Below, piece after piece: positions 63,649 through 64,000 of a stretch of 64,000 nucleotides of DNA. The translations under genes were made by a program, and so were the position numbers. Origin of the DNA: Klebsiella phage fENko-Kae01; the sequence record OR228459.1, one strand, 5' to 3'. The notes beneath the pieces are model-generated. The model searched no databases and was not told the origin of the DNA. It was given only the letters and a program-made list of their open reading frames with translations. How positions within the stretch are numbered: the first letter of the stretch is position 1; each line of letters begins with the position of its first letter.

Positions 63649-63855
63649 ATGACAACATATAGGGTAGAGGGTTGCTTAGGCGTGACTATAGGCAGCGTGA
63701 GCACCATAGATGATGCAACGGCTTTAGTACTAAAGCAAATACCTATCAGTGCTAAGACTACAGCACAGTTAGCGGGTAAGCTATCCCGTAAGGCAGTAGG
63801 TGGGAAGGTATACGTAGACTATGGCGGTACTGGCTGTACTGTATTTGTGGAATAA
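63649..63855 (+). CDS. hypothetical small protein (68 aa)
   Basis: Track ORF 63622 trimmed to ATG 63649, which follows a GGAGGTAATA RBS. Confidence 0.55.
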   Translation: MTTYRVEGCLGVTIGSVSTIDDATALVLKQIPISAKTTAQLAGKLSRKAVGGKVYVDYGGTGCTVFVE

Positions 63856-64000
63856 GGAATTTTTACCTAAGTCAGATTTTATCTAACTCATTTTTAAAAT
63901 AAGTCAAGAAAAAAATGAGTAAGGTATTGGTTGACTTTTCTATAAAAAATATTGATTGGACTATGAAAAATTTTTACCTTAGTGAAGGCCAGTCATGCCT

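Noticed and set aside
1-64000. CRISPR array, integrase/att sites, rRNA/tRNA genes, transposase
   Set aside because: No spaced direct-repeat array, no tyrosine or serine recombinase motifs, and no tRNA-like T-arm or anticodon structures. The repeats present are promoter, terminator and leader families, not mobile-element ends.

Overview
The window looks like a contiguous piece of a large, AT-rich (GC roughly mid-30s % by eye) virulent dsDNA phage. The host is probably a gamma-proteobacterium or enterobacterium, inferred from sigma70-type TTGACA-17-TATAAT promoters, AGGAG-type ribosome-binding sites, E. coli-type Chi octamers and Fur-box-like palindromes. I did not recognise the phage itself. 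The layout has four parts. (1) 1-29.7 kb is a plus-strand block of about 70 mostly small genes in short operons, with one minus-strand Ig-like moron at 5760-6902. Its genes are separated by compact terminator/promoter modules, and the recognisable products are a HicA-like protein, two AAA+ ATPases, a sigma-70-family factor, two HNH-nuclease-like proteins, two small kinase-like proteins and many membrane or secreted small proteins. (2) 29.7-43.9 kb is a minus-strand tandem array of 13 paralogous genes. All begin with the same 12-residue N-terminal peptide, MIPF(A/T/S)R(I/M)L(T/N/S)YGN. The C-terminal domains differ: ten RCC1-like beta-propellers, two ConA/LamG-like lectin folds (one disrupted at a G7 run) and one glycine-rich protein. 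(3) 43.9-45.6 kb is an ORF-free control region dense in direct repeats, Fur-box-like palindromes, AGTACT hexamers and a perfect 20-bp palindrome that carries Chi in both orientations. (4) 45.6-64 kb is a plus-strand early-type block of about 45 very small genes, nearly every one with its own AAAAGTACTTGACA...TATAAT promoter and a conserved, covarying 5'-leader hairpin or a palindrome centred on the -10 hexamer. The recognisable products here are an H-NS-like protein next to a TraR/DksA-like zinc finger, a kinase-like protein and an orphan NUMOD4-HTH protein. I saw no rRNA, tRNA, CRISPR array or integrase. Several promoters have no ORF behind them and may drive small RNAs, and a 0.5-kb structured ORF-free region at 15.8-16.4 kb is a candidate ncRNA. 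The most unusual signal is the MIPF paralog array: a short shared N-terminal peptide grafted onto a diversified set of predicted glycan-binding or propeller domains. Second is the highly regularised promoter, hairpin and Chi architecture of the right-hand block.
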